From positions 7,024,232 to 7,088,231 of the forward strand of contig OZ316896.1 of the NCBI GenBank assembly GCA_973895155.1: 64,000 nt of DNA, read 5' to 3'. The notes below the pieces were generated by a model. That model was given only the letters and a program-made list of their open reading frames with translations, was not told the DNA's origin and did no database searches. Positions 11,471-23,177 of this stretch are shown in pieces (the first letter of the stretch is position 1; each line of letters begins with the position of its first letter). This stretch comes from Marsupella aquatica (lineage: Eukaryota; Plantae; Marchantiophyta). Both the position numbers and the translations under genes were made by a program.

Positions 11471-14400
11471 GTTCAGGGATTCACTTGGTTAACCTATTAC
11501 TAGGGTTACAATATGCCCTTTGAAGTAGGGTAGAATTTTTAGGGAATTGTATCTCTCTTCTCACAAAATTCAACCAAGTGAGGGACTCCACACTTAGGGA
11601 GGCAATAAACCGGGTATTGAGGGCCAAGTTTTTTGTGCCCCAGTGATTCAAGTTGAGTTGGGGGCCCATTGAGACAGATGCCAAAGTAAAAAATGGACTG
11701 GTCTCAGTGCATTTGGACAAGCTAGTTGCTTAGACCCATGAGCGTATCTTGGAGGCAAGGCGGCAGCCATTGACAAGTTGAAAATGGGGAAACAAGGGCA
11801 TGCCTAGTAGAGTTGCTCCGGACAAGCAATGGGAGTCAAGCCTTTGTTTCCGCTTATGGCAAGACTAGTGTGAGACCAATGACATGGTCCTTATTTGGCA
11901 ATATGATTGAATTTGTATGCGGTACACAACAAGTAGTTGTTGAGACTATGTATCAATTAGCAAGATGGTGAATATTATGGCAATCATGTCCATTAGAGTA
12001 GGGATATATGATAGTTCATTTTTCTGAGCACACAACCAAGGCAGGCAGAGTTACTATTAGGGCCATAAATGAGTGGCTGGAGGAAGAGAGGATTCACCTC
12101 CTTTACCATACCATTGTGCTAATGAGCATGATGGAGCACGGAGGCTCTCCAGGACATCGGTGCAGAGGTAGACATGGTAACTCATGGAAGCAAGTCTCCA
12201 CAACTAAGAATGGAGCTATGTGAGAGGGTGATTTTTCTCAGCATATCACCAATTGTTTTGTGTGTGCATGTTCTTCTTTAGTCAGGTTAAGAGATCCATA
12301 GTGAACTCATATTAGCACGGGTTTGAGTTAGTCTAAGCTTGGCCTCGGCTTATCACAGGTTAGCTCGGCCTGAGCTTAAGTTAAACTTGGGTTTAGGATA
12401 GCTTGAACTGGGCTAGCACAGCTCACCTTGGGGTTGGGCTCAACTTCGCCTAGATTAGCGAGTAGCGGGTTAGCCTAAGGCCGTGGGTTAGGTATAGTCG
12501 GGTTAGATATATAGGATAGTTGGGTTAGCCATTCTTGGGAGTCACTCTACCTCGGCATTGGTTTGACTGAGGGCCCCCTTCAAGGTTTGGCATAGCTTTA
12601 TCCCTTCATGAACTCCATCATGAAAGTCACGCAATTCTGCCATGTACACACCTCAGGATGATCATACTAAAGAGGGTCCTCTGATTCTTTACAAGCAATT
12701 TCCAGGAGCAATTCCAGCCCCTCCAAATGAATGTGCTATCTTTGTCCGGGTCCTCCGCTTCCTTATCTTGCACCGTCTCATCTCCCAGTTCAGGTGGCAG
12801 CTTCTTGGCTAGGACCTCCATGACATTAGTGGCTATCCTCCTGATCTTGGTGGTGAAGGATGGCATGGCTTCTTTCTCAACTTCTAGGAAGGGGATGAGT
12901 CCTTCTGCCCTGGCCAACAGAAAAGACCCAATCAAATGGATCATTCCTCCAGGTCTCATACTATTCGGATCTATCGTCAAAGCCCTTTTCAATCCAAAAG
13001 ACAACCAACCGGATATACACTCCTGGCCAGTGGGCTTTTATGTCCATGGCAATAGCCAACTGATCCCCATTGACCACTCCAGACCGTCCTCGACTGTGTA
13101 TCTATGCCACAAATCCCTTGTACACTGAATCTTTGAAGGATGGGAGGGGAATGTTGGTTACAAAAGTGGGCTCCTTCACCAGTTGAGCCAACTTCTCCAA
13201 TGTGAGTACCCCGAGTGGCTCCAACGAGTAGAATGTGACATCCTGGTTCTATAGTAACAACAATCTGGTCAACTCCTCATTGGAAATTAAATAATGTATG
13301 CACCAAAAAATATCCCCTCCGCTCGCAACTCCATTCCTTCCTCAATGTCCCAGCCTTTCCCTAGGGGAATCCTCATTTTCACTCTCATCATATCGGTCAG
13401 CCCAGTGGCTTGAAATGTCTCCTTACAATCCTCTTGAACCCCCGCTAGAACCGGGGCAAATGTCTCGGGGTAAACTCTCCGAAAGGTCTTCCTAGCAATT
13501 GATGCCCCACTTGCTAGCTTTTGGTCCAGTGGTCATGGCTGACATCCTCGTTTCTTCCTCTTGGGCAATCCATAAAGCAATGTAATCTTGGTAGGCTGCC
13601 TTGTGTATGCAAATATGGGCTGCAGTGAACTTCGGTGAGTTGGATGATGGTCTCATTCACAATCCATAGAACTCAGGAAATACCATGATGCGCAAATTCT
13701 TGTTTCCCCAAGCCCGGACAACCCTTTATCACAATCCAATTCTTTCATCAATTCACCCCAAGATCACCAAACGGGAGTACCAAGCTTCAAATAAAAACAC
13801 CATAAGAGCATTCAAAACTGTGGAGAGAGAAGGTTTTTCAAAAACAAGCTTTCATAAATGTGAGGGAAGCTTTCAGAAGCTTGAGGGAGAAAACAAAAAA
13901 GATCAGGGCGTGTGGAAAAATTGGGGAAGCTTTTCGAAGAGGAACCCCCAAGCTTCCTTATATTTGCTCCCCGTTCCCCTTCGCTCCATCTTGCTCGGGT
14001 GCGGAAGCACCCAGGCCCCCTTCCTTCTTCTTTAGACACTATCCTTGTCATGGTCAGTAAGTCATGGGTAGCACACAACCCAAGAAAAATATCTCTATTT
14101 TTACCAGTTTGTTCCCATGGAAGAGCTTAGGGTGGGACCACAAGCAAAAGACGGATAAAAAATTTCTTAGAACCAACAAAATCCCACCTCTATCTTACAA
14201 GAAGCTGGAAAGCTCTCTCGACTTCAAATAAATGTACTACAATCATGACAACAAAACACATCTAACTCTCCACAAGAACTTCCTCGTTGTGAGAGTGCCA
14301 AATTTTACTAAGTGCTAATAAGCAGGCTAGGGAAAACCTGTGAGTAACCCTCTACTAAAAGCTCAAAGCTAGAGATACTGAGGCCTTCATAAGGAACTGC

Positions 14401-15164
14401 CAATATGATGCCAGGGTATACTGGTCGGACCAAGAAACACCTGAAATTACGACACAATTTCTAGCTAATCTTGTATTCAAATAGCAAACCAACAGCTCAC
14501 TAAGAAAACTCTGTTGGGTACCATCTAAACTCCTGCCAATGTTATGCTGCTTCATTTTTCAAAATTGGTTTGTAGAATGGAACTAAGGGCTGAGCCTATA
14601 AGTCTTGGCTACAACACAATCTTAGGCACCAAATTTCAAGAGCCCCTGGTTGAAGATCACCTTCCGGCTCTGAAAATTCATAGTGTCACTCCTTTGGGTA
14701 ACTTTGGCCAACGGAACAATGAAATTGAACAACAAAACATACAACAAACAAGGTACTAAACCTCCAAAATCAGTTGGACTAAGCATGAGGTAGCATCCTA
14801 GTACTCAACCCTTCTAAAGCTCAATTCTCAACCAACTACAAAGGTGGAATCATAGTAAAGAAAAATGTCAACAAAAGGGCAACTTTATGTAACATCATAA
14901 AACCTCTGGTACAAGTGCACCTCAGTCCAAGACTCTTCTACATACCCTCTCTTCTCCTACTAATATCAACGCCTTGCCTTTGCTAGTGCCACGTCTCATT
15001 GCCCACAAGTCTCCCCATGCCAAGTCCTCCCCGGATGGCCTATCCGGGCCTGGACCATAAGGGAGCTCGGAGTCGGAGTCAGTGGCGCCGGGGCTAAGTG
15101 TTAAGGTAGTCGAGTTCCGCGACTTGAGGATTGGATTGGAGTGGCTAAAAAATATTTAAACATT

Positions 15165-15685
15165 GTAGTTTCTTGTGTTGGAGGACAGATTCCTTGTTGC
15201 TTAATAGAAGCTTTGCCCAAGTGGAGTGGAAGCTAAGACCAAGAAGCATATGCTCCCAATGTTGATATTAGTAGGAGAAGAGAGGGTTATGACCCGGCTT
15301 GCAATTCACATAGGTGAGCATAACCATCCTAGTAGAAAGACCCTTCTCAAGGAGTGCATAGAAGATGATTGAGGATTTGATTAAGAAAATCATGAACCCA
15401 ATCCTCTGGCAAAACCAGCAAGGATCTTGAATTCTGCTATAGGGTTGATAGTGAAAGCTCTTTGCAAACATGTTCACGATATGGTTGATATCAAAGAAAC
15501 TGAAATTTGGAAGTCTCTGATGGTACTTTCCACTCCCCAAAAATTTGCATCTCTTTTTGAAGCATTAGGATAGACCAAAAGGGTGGGGGGTGAGTTAGAT
15601 TTTCTTTTGCAAATGCAAAAGAGGATTAACCTTTCATTTCTCCAAAGGTATTTGCTACCAGGTCAGGGTTGTCAAGACAACAGAC
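15165..15685 (+). pseudogene. Second copy of the GCM-MULE transposase, 5' part (split by retroelement insertion)
   Basis: Translates MTRLAIHIGEHNH (~15289) and GELDFLLQMQKRINLSFLQRYLLPGQGCQDNR, homologous to MSRLAIHMGFHDH and GELDSLREMQARNNFPYVQRYLFPGQGSKTDR in 1695-3581. The left boundary is approximate. Confidence 0.8.
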
Positions 15686-16045
15686 TGTCATGCCAAGGGA
15701 CAGTGCCTCTTGTGCACATCGGCATGTCCCTCGCATGCCAGCTAGGTATGTAGTTAGGGCTAGTGTACTACTTGAGTTAGTGTCATGTTCTTGTAGCGAG
15801 TTTGGGCTATTCTTGAAGCAAAGGTGTTTGTTAGTGTGATGCCTGGACCCGGTCCTACTTAGGGCATGTTTTTCTTTGCCATTTTTCAGTTATTCTTGAA
15901 TCGTTGTTGACAGAGCTCAGACAGTGCTCGTCGGTTCCGTACACGAGATTCACACAATGATTCGTTAGATGCTCCCGGGCGATCTTGGCATCCCGCCGGT
16001 TTTCGATTCGATTTCAGTACGCTTGTTTCTCTCACGCCTTTTATT
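15686..16045 (+). repeat. Terminal repeat A1 (~360 bp)
   Basis: Matches 41435-41645 + 45265-45413 with about 10 mismatches by eye. Not followed by B. Confidence 0.9.
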
Positions 16046-16499
16046 CAAGAAGAACTCTCGAGATAGTGGTGAGGGGAAGAAGATTGCTCGTGACAATTTC
16101 GACAATTTCTGGTGAAGCCATTGCAATTTCTTCGACGGACATCGGAGTGACAAGTTAAAAGTTATGGGTTTATTGTGGTGTTATGTGTATACTTAAGTGT
16201 ATACACATAACACTCCCTTGGGGGCCCCGGGTTTTTCGTTTCCGGCACAATCTTCTTTGACCTGCTAGTCCCGCTTCCAACTGTCACTGCCGATCTGCTG
16301 CCGCGGATTGCTTCCGGCTGCTGTGCCCTCGCTTCGAATTAATGCGTTTGCCCCTTTTCCTCCCGTTTTCTTTCTTTTGGTCGACCGCCACCTGGTTCCT
16401 CTCTTTCCCCCGTCGTTGCTCCTCGGCTGCTCAGCGCCCTGCATAGGGTCGCGCACCACTTTTCTTGTTACGCCGAGTACAAAGCGATAGTCGAGAGGG

Positions 16500-16990
16500 A
16501 GGGGCACACGGCCCTATGCTGCATAATTAAGGAGGGGAGGGGAGTTAAGTCGACTCCCTTCTCGGGAGTACATACAACTCCCTGCTCGGGAGTTTCTGCC
16601 AGAGGGCACGAAGCCCCAATTGCTTTTAGAGGAGGGGAGGGGGAAGCAAAAGGAGGGCACGAAGCCCACTTCACCAACATTAAAGAAGGGGGAGGGGGGA
16701 GTTGAAGCAAAAGGAGGGCACGAGGCCCTATGAGTAATTAAGAGATGGGGAGTACATTCGACTCCCTCCTCTCGGGAGTCACGGTCCTGCCAGGCACGAG
16801 GCCCCATTAAACATTAAAGCAGGGGGAATTACACTCGACACCCTGCTTTTGGGAGTACTTTTGCCAGGGGCGAGCACAAGGGCACGAGGCCCTATGAAGC
16901 AATAAAGAGGGGGGAAGGAGGAGTACATTCGAACTCCCTCACATGGGAGCCCTTCTGCCAGGCGCGAGGCCCTATGCAGGGCTCGAGTTA
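16500..16990 (+). repeat. Hairpin-forming tandem repeats in the retroelement leader
   Basis: About 7 copies of GGGCACGA(A/G)GCCC (16604, 16655, 16716, 16793, 16880...) interleaved with ACTCCC-N-GGGAGT stem-loops (16553, 16577, 16761, 16933). Confidence 0.75.
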
Positions 16991-17563
16991 TTAACTCTTG
17001 GGGGTCCCGTTTCTCTTTTTCCCTTCTCCTACCTTCGTCGTTTTTCTTTCCATATGCACGCCGTTGCATTCTTCATCTTTCAGCTGGATTTTTTCCTTTC
17101 GCCTCGCTGCGTTTGTTGTGTATAGGGTCGCGTGCCTATACACATTCGGGCTTTGGCCGGTCCGCCTGGTTTAAGGCGGACCCGTTTTGCACCGTATTTC
17201 TTTCCCGGGGTCCGGTCGCTACATAGGGATGCGAGCACGGTTTGTGTATACACCTACGGCTTGTGCATACACATTGGGGACCCCATTTCGCCGTTTACTC
17301 TTGTTTTCTTCCGCTTCATTTATTTTGACCCTTATAGGCAAGGCCAGTATACACATAGGGGCTAATTTCATTCTGTTTAGCCCGGCCTCCTTGCCTCACA
17401 TCGTTTGCTTCATTGTGGGTTAATTTTCTGGCCTTGGGGCTGCCATTTCTTTTCTTGTCAGTTTCTTTCCCGAAAGCACCTCATACCACCAGAAAAAGAG
17501 GGGGGGTGGAGACATTTCCTGTTGCTACCATTTCCAATTTGGCACCCCGGGTTAGCATGCAGC

Positions 17564-19375
17564 ATGTCAGCAGAGGAGCCGAGTCGTAGCAGCTCATCAC
17601 CACCAACACCCCGGTACCACTTACGGAGTGATCCATGACCGTTGGTGCCAATTTTGACGACGCCAGCAGACAGCAGCAGCACCCACACCATGCAATCCTT
17701 CTGCTACATTTGGCAATCGCTTTACCACTACCCCGAAGCCTGCTATTGCTTCTCTACCCTTTACTCCTTCTGCATCAGTAATTGTTCCAGCTTCATCGAC
17801 ATACAGCATGGATGCCAGTCACTCATCTAGCCGCATTGAGCGCTTCAGTGGGCGGCCCGACACTGTTTCTTTGCGTGAGTTCAAATCCACTTTCTATACT
17901 GTCATTTACGAATTGGAGTTGAAGTATGGCAGCAATTTCACAAATGTGTTTGCATTTAAGCAGCTAGCCAGGTATTGCACCATGAGGCTTTGGATGTGTA
18001 TGAACAGCATTCTCAATGGCTGCTTGCTGTCACACAGTTGCCTAACCCTACCTATGCCAGTGCAATTGCGGCAGCCTCACAATTGGCCTTACAGAATGCC
18101 ATTGCAGCCCATGCTGCTGCTCCTACCACTTCCCCTCCTACTCCAGTTCCTACCACTGCGACAGTTACTCCCACTGTCTTGGCACAGGCTACATCAGACA
18201 TTTCTCCCACCATTGATTCCCCTGCCTTTGCTGATCCAGTGGCTGAGTTTTTCCAGGTTCTTGAATTGGAATTCCCAATCAAGAGTGCTGACAAAATCAT
18301 GCAGTTGGCCACCTTTGTGAGGCAGCGCGATGAAACATTGAAGATGATATATCGCCGGCTTCTCAAGCTGAAGGAGGACACCCAGAGCATCACTGACCTG
18401 GAAGCTGCTCATCGCTATCTTCGCGCATTGGAGGGCACACCAGCTCTCCATTCGCAAGTGTTGCAACAAGTATTCTCAGAGTTTGGAGACAGCTACACCC
18501 TACTCAATGTCTATGACACTACTGAGAAACTTGAGTTGGCCCATGCACATTATGAGGCCAGTATTGCGCATCCACCACGATCCAGGTACCAAGCTGCTGC
18601 CCCTACACTGGCCACCCCTTTCCGTGTGCCACAGTATGGTTCCAAGACCAAGCCAGCCCATGCTGCTTTCATGCTGCCATCTTGCAACTATTGTGGTAAC
18701 CCCAATCACAAGGCTAATGAATGTGATATTATTGCTGAGGACCTGTCTTGTGATTTTTGCGGGAAAGTGGGTCACTTGGAGGCAGTTTGTTTTGCCAAAT
18801 TCCCAGAGAGGAAGTAGCAATGACAGTAGGCCTCTCATCCTACTCCTATTTCCACTCCCCCACCAGCTAGGAGGGCTCCTACTGCATCAGTTGCTGCTCC
18901 TTCCAGTGGCAAAGCACCCGGTGCCAACAAATTGCCCAAGCAACAACAGAAGCAACCAGCTCAGAAGGAGGCTCACAACGCACAGGCAACTCAACTCCAG
19001 TCTTTGACTCATGAGGTTGAGTCCTTACGTGCCCAACTTGCCAACATCAAAGGCAAGTCCACTGCTTCTGCTGGTCCTTCTCAATCGGCTGGTCACGTGC
19101 AACCCATCCCTGGCCCAGGCACCACTGATAGCTCAGCATCTCTACCCTGCTCTTTCTATGGCTTGCCATTTGATGCTCATATGGGTGAGTGTGTGTTTTC
19201 CTCTGCTACACAGCCTGGCCTTACAGCAGAATTTTCAGATTCATTTTGCCCTTCCTATTTTGCTTACCAGCAGGCCAGTGCTGCCTCCCGTATTGCTCCC
19301 ACACGCCGCATTGTATAGGCTGATGGTCTTGCTGCCGGTCCTATGACTAGAGCGAGGGGAGCTCGGGCTGTCATG
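17564..19375 (+). pseudogene. gag of the gypsy-like element
   Basis: IERFSGRPD gag-like start, two zinc knuckles (CNYCGNPNHKANEC, CDFCGKVGHLEAVC). Stops at 17636, 18815 and 19316, plus frameshifts. Confidence 0.8.
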
Positions 19376-19788
19376 ATGGAAGGATATTGACAGGAAAAAG
19401 AGGGTTTGTCAACTATATGATAGCTCTAGTATAGAGAATGAATATCATGTATTCATTGCTTGCAAGTTTTATGAGGGGGTTAGGATGGCATCTCAAATCT
19501 TGGTGAAAGATTTGTATGCATTGTTTGGTCTGCCCCCTCAGCAACTTGGAAGATATATCTTTGCGGTGGATAGGGAAAGGAGAATAGGTTTGGAAAATCT
19601 TTCAGGGCTCTCTAGGTCCATAGGGCTCTCTAGGTCCATAGTTTCTTTGAGGACATAGTTGTCCTCTTTTGAGCAATCTCTTTTGGTTGCTCTTTTCTTT
19701 GATTGCATTATACTTTACTTTTTGTGGCAGCTCCTTTGACTTTCATGGTCCCGAAGCTTATAATACATTACCATTACCATTACCATTA
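19376..19788 (+). mobile_element. 5'-truncated LINE (RTEX/L2-like C-terminus) with (CATTAC)n tail
   Basis: Encodes KRVCQLY..ENEYHVFIACKFYEGVR (LINE ORF2 CCHC end). Removing 19376-19788 rejoins gag and protease in frame (RAVM|PQSF). No TSD seen. Confidence 0.75.
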
Positions 19789-21018
19789 CCCCAATCTTTT
19801 CAGCCACTCACACTTGCTGAAGAGCGCACCTTGTTGGCAAGGGGGGAGGGAGCTGCAGCTACATCCATTCCACCACCAGGTGCTGCTGACATTTCACAGG
19901 GAGTTGTTTCTCCTGAGTTACTTGAGCATTTCACCTCCCGTATGGCACAAAGGATTCTTACAACTCCACTTTTCAGTTGCCATGATTTACAACTGGATGC
20001 TAGAGCTGTCATGAGAGCGCTAGCAGGCTCATTGCATTCTTCATCAGCCCTTGTGCCACCAGTTTTGGAGGTCCAATCTCATGTACATACTGGACCTTCT
20101 TCTTCTCCATTACATGCTTCCACTGGTTTGGCTATCCCAGTACCAATTTCCAGTGGTAGCGATGATAGTATTGCTGCAGATTGTATGACCAGAGCTACAC
20201 TGGATTCTGGTCATGCTGCTCCATCTTTCCTGACTATGCTGTTGAGTGGAAAGACCGTGGATACTAACTCCCTTCACAAGGTACCTCATCATTTGCCAAA
20301 AGTGGTGCCTAGCGACAGGACTTCAATTTCCACCACCATTGCCATTGTTGACAATAGGAATTCAACAATCAAGTTGGAGGATCACACTCCTCAGGTGGTC
20401 ATGCTAGACACAGGTGCTCAACCAGTGATATTGGGCATTCAGTTTGCCAAGAAGATGGGACTGCTGACTGATCATTTACAGCAATCCAAGTGGCACATTC
20501 GGACTACTAGTGGCACTGTGGAGGATGTGTTGGGTGAGAGTTCTACTTTACTCACTCTCACTTTTAATGGAGGTACAGATCAGGAACTGCATTTCCCAGT
20601 CAAATGTTTGGTTACCAATGCCACTACGTATGATGTGCTCATTGGCCAGGAGGCTTTGTTCCCACCAGGTTTTACCATTGACAACTGGCATGAGCATGCA
20701 TACTACAGAGCTAATTGGCATACGGATGGCTCACACTTGGGCTACATTCCACTTGATTTGCATGGTGCTCATACACCTATGGCTCACCACTGTGTGTTGA
20801 AAGCAGTGCACACAGCTACCTATGTCAACCACCCATTGCAGGATTGGATTGAGGAGGATGATGATGAGGTGGCTGCTGCACATGCTGTTGCACGTATAGC
20901 AGCACTTTCCATCAATGTAGATCATCAACCAAAGGTGGTACAATGGCTCCAAGCAGCCCTTGGACCTTTGGTGGCTGCATTGCGCAAATTTGAGGACCTT
21001 GGGCAGCACAATGGATAA
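19789..21018 (+). pseudogene. Aspartic protease region of pol
   Basis: VMLDTGAQPVILG catalytic motif and YDVLIG C-terminal motif. Confidence 0.85.
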
Positions 21019-22272
21019 CCAATAGCCCCAATCTTGAGCGCACCAGTTACATGGACTCCTCCTTCGGATGACCTTACATTGCTTGAGCTTTTTGGTGGCA
21101 TTTCTACAGGCCTGGAAACTCTCCTACAACTGGCATGGTGGTGAAGCAGTACATCTACGTGGACATTGATCCAGGTGCAAGGCAAGTGGCTGAATCCCGT
21201 CTGCTGGAATTTTCAAAGCAATTTCCCCAGCAGTTTCCACACAGTGCATGGAAGTTTGCATTTTCTTTCTTCCCTCCAGATATCCAGCTTGTCCAGCACC
21301 GGCACTTAACCCTTCTTGGCTCCCTTGATTTGATCATAGTTGGTTGGGAATGCCAAGGGTTTTCAACTGCTGGTCACGGTGCTGGACTGCATGATTCTCG
21401 TTCTGGCCTTTTCACAGCATTGGTTCAGATTCTCACCTGGGCTCAATCCCTTTATCCTGCTGTTGGTTATATCATTGAGAATACTCCATCTCAGTTTGAC
21501 CAGCGTCCACAAGTCAAAGAGGATTTCAGTGTGGTCCAGCACTACTTGGGACCACCCCTTCTCATTGATGCAGTGCACTGTGGTTCTTATGCACATCGTT
21601 TTCATAACTTTTGGACTAACCTTGCACCACCTTCCTTGCTGGAGTTAGCTCTTCACCACACATCCAGGGACACTAACCTCACAGTGGACCAGATTTTGGA
21701 TCCTAACAGTTCTTGCCAACCAGTTACACGGCAAGAGCCAGCACCTTGGTATCCAACCAATACCATTGGACAGCCCCGTGCTGCTTGGCCTATATTTGTG
21801 TCCTTTCCAGGTGCACATGCTTTTCAGGGTGATGGTCTTGGCCTGGTTTATCGACATTCTACCGGTACATGGGATGAACCTAGTCCTGAGGAGAGAGAAC
21901 GGGCTATGGGCTTCCAACCCGGTACTATAGGTCACACCAAGATCACCAGGCTGGCCAGGAATGCTTTACTTGGCAGGGTAATGGATCTTAATGCTCTCAC
22001 TTGGCTTCTGGTCACTTGCATCCTTTTTCAGATGTACATTCATCCAGCATCTGGAGTTCCAGCTCTACCACTCCATGGTGCTGCTACATGGCATCCAAAC
22101 CAGGTGCACTTACCTCTATTCAACACTCACTGCTTCAGTCCAAGTGTTGGGGGGGAGGAGGTCCCTTGTAACGTGATTGACAATATTTCTGAGTTTCATG
22201 GTGTGGACCAACTCCGATCAACAGGTACAACAGGCCTTGGAGAGGCCTCATCACCTTATCAGCAGCATGCTA
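21019..22272 (+). pseudogene. C5-cytosine DNA methyltransferase domain (DNMT3-like) within pol
   Basis: Motif I LLELFGGISTGLE (~21077). After a frameshift ~21130: YVDID, GWECQGFS (motif IV, Cys retained), IIENT (VI), AHRFHNFWTNL (VIII), ERERAMGF (IX), RNALLGRVMD (X). Confidence 0.85.
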
Positions 22273-23177
22273 CACTAGTAGAAATTGGGGTGTTTTATGA
22301 CTAAGTTTTACGACTGCCCATGACTCCTTGTGACTAAAGTTTGGGGGGTATCAAGCCAGTCGTAATTTTGACATTCAGTCTTATTTAAAGTGACTGAAAT
22401 TGAGTGGTCAACTATGTGACTAGGGTTTAAGACACATTTTGTGACTAATAACGACCAAATCCGTACTTGGGCATTTTGGGATTTGGAGAAGGTGTAGTCT
22501 TACAAATGACTACTTTTGTAGTCATTTGTATGACTCAAAATGAGGTATGAATTAGTCACAAACAGTCAATGAGGAAGAGTTTCCTTTCGCATATATGACT
22601 GGTGCTATGGTTCAATATCGGAACACAGGCGACTGATTATGACTAGTTGGTCTTAAAAGTTTAGAGTGTATGGGCACATTAGTGACAGATCATGACTACA
22701 GATGACTAATCATTCTTAAAAATCTTAAGATTGGGCTAGACTGGTTGGTCTTATTGGGGACCACGATGTAATATATCACGGTCATATCTTAATGACCCAA
22801 AATGACTCATTAGTCTAGTTCACGACTGCATTCTTTGACCTTTTTGGTCAAAATTTTGACTCGACCTAAGGCAATTGGAGCCTGCACATAGCACTAGAAC
22901 CATGACTAATAGTCAACTCAAGCATACAAGCATACATTCAAGCACTCAAGCATACAAGTACACAAGTTTTACATGAAAACATGAGAGACAACATAGTTCT
23001 ATTTGAATCTTAGAACTCATATTAACTATTGAACACACATACATAATTTCATACAAACAAAGTTGTCACAACATGATCAGTGGATGATCCAGTGAATCTC
23101 AATTCAACTCTGCATTATGAGATATCTAGGTAACATTTGGCACCAATCATGCAGTTGTTTCTAAGTTTAGGCTAAAA

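Noticed and set aside
11470-15130. Possible L1-like and gypsy accessory-ORF relics
   Set aside because: Looks like decayed TE sequence, but I could not find diagnostic motifs to name it.
16500-16990. CRISPR-like array
   Set aside because: Eukaryotic context, degenerate repeats, non-unique spacers and no cas genes.
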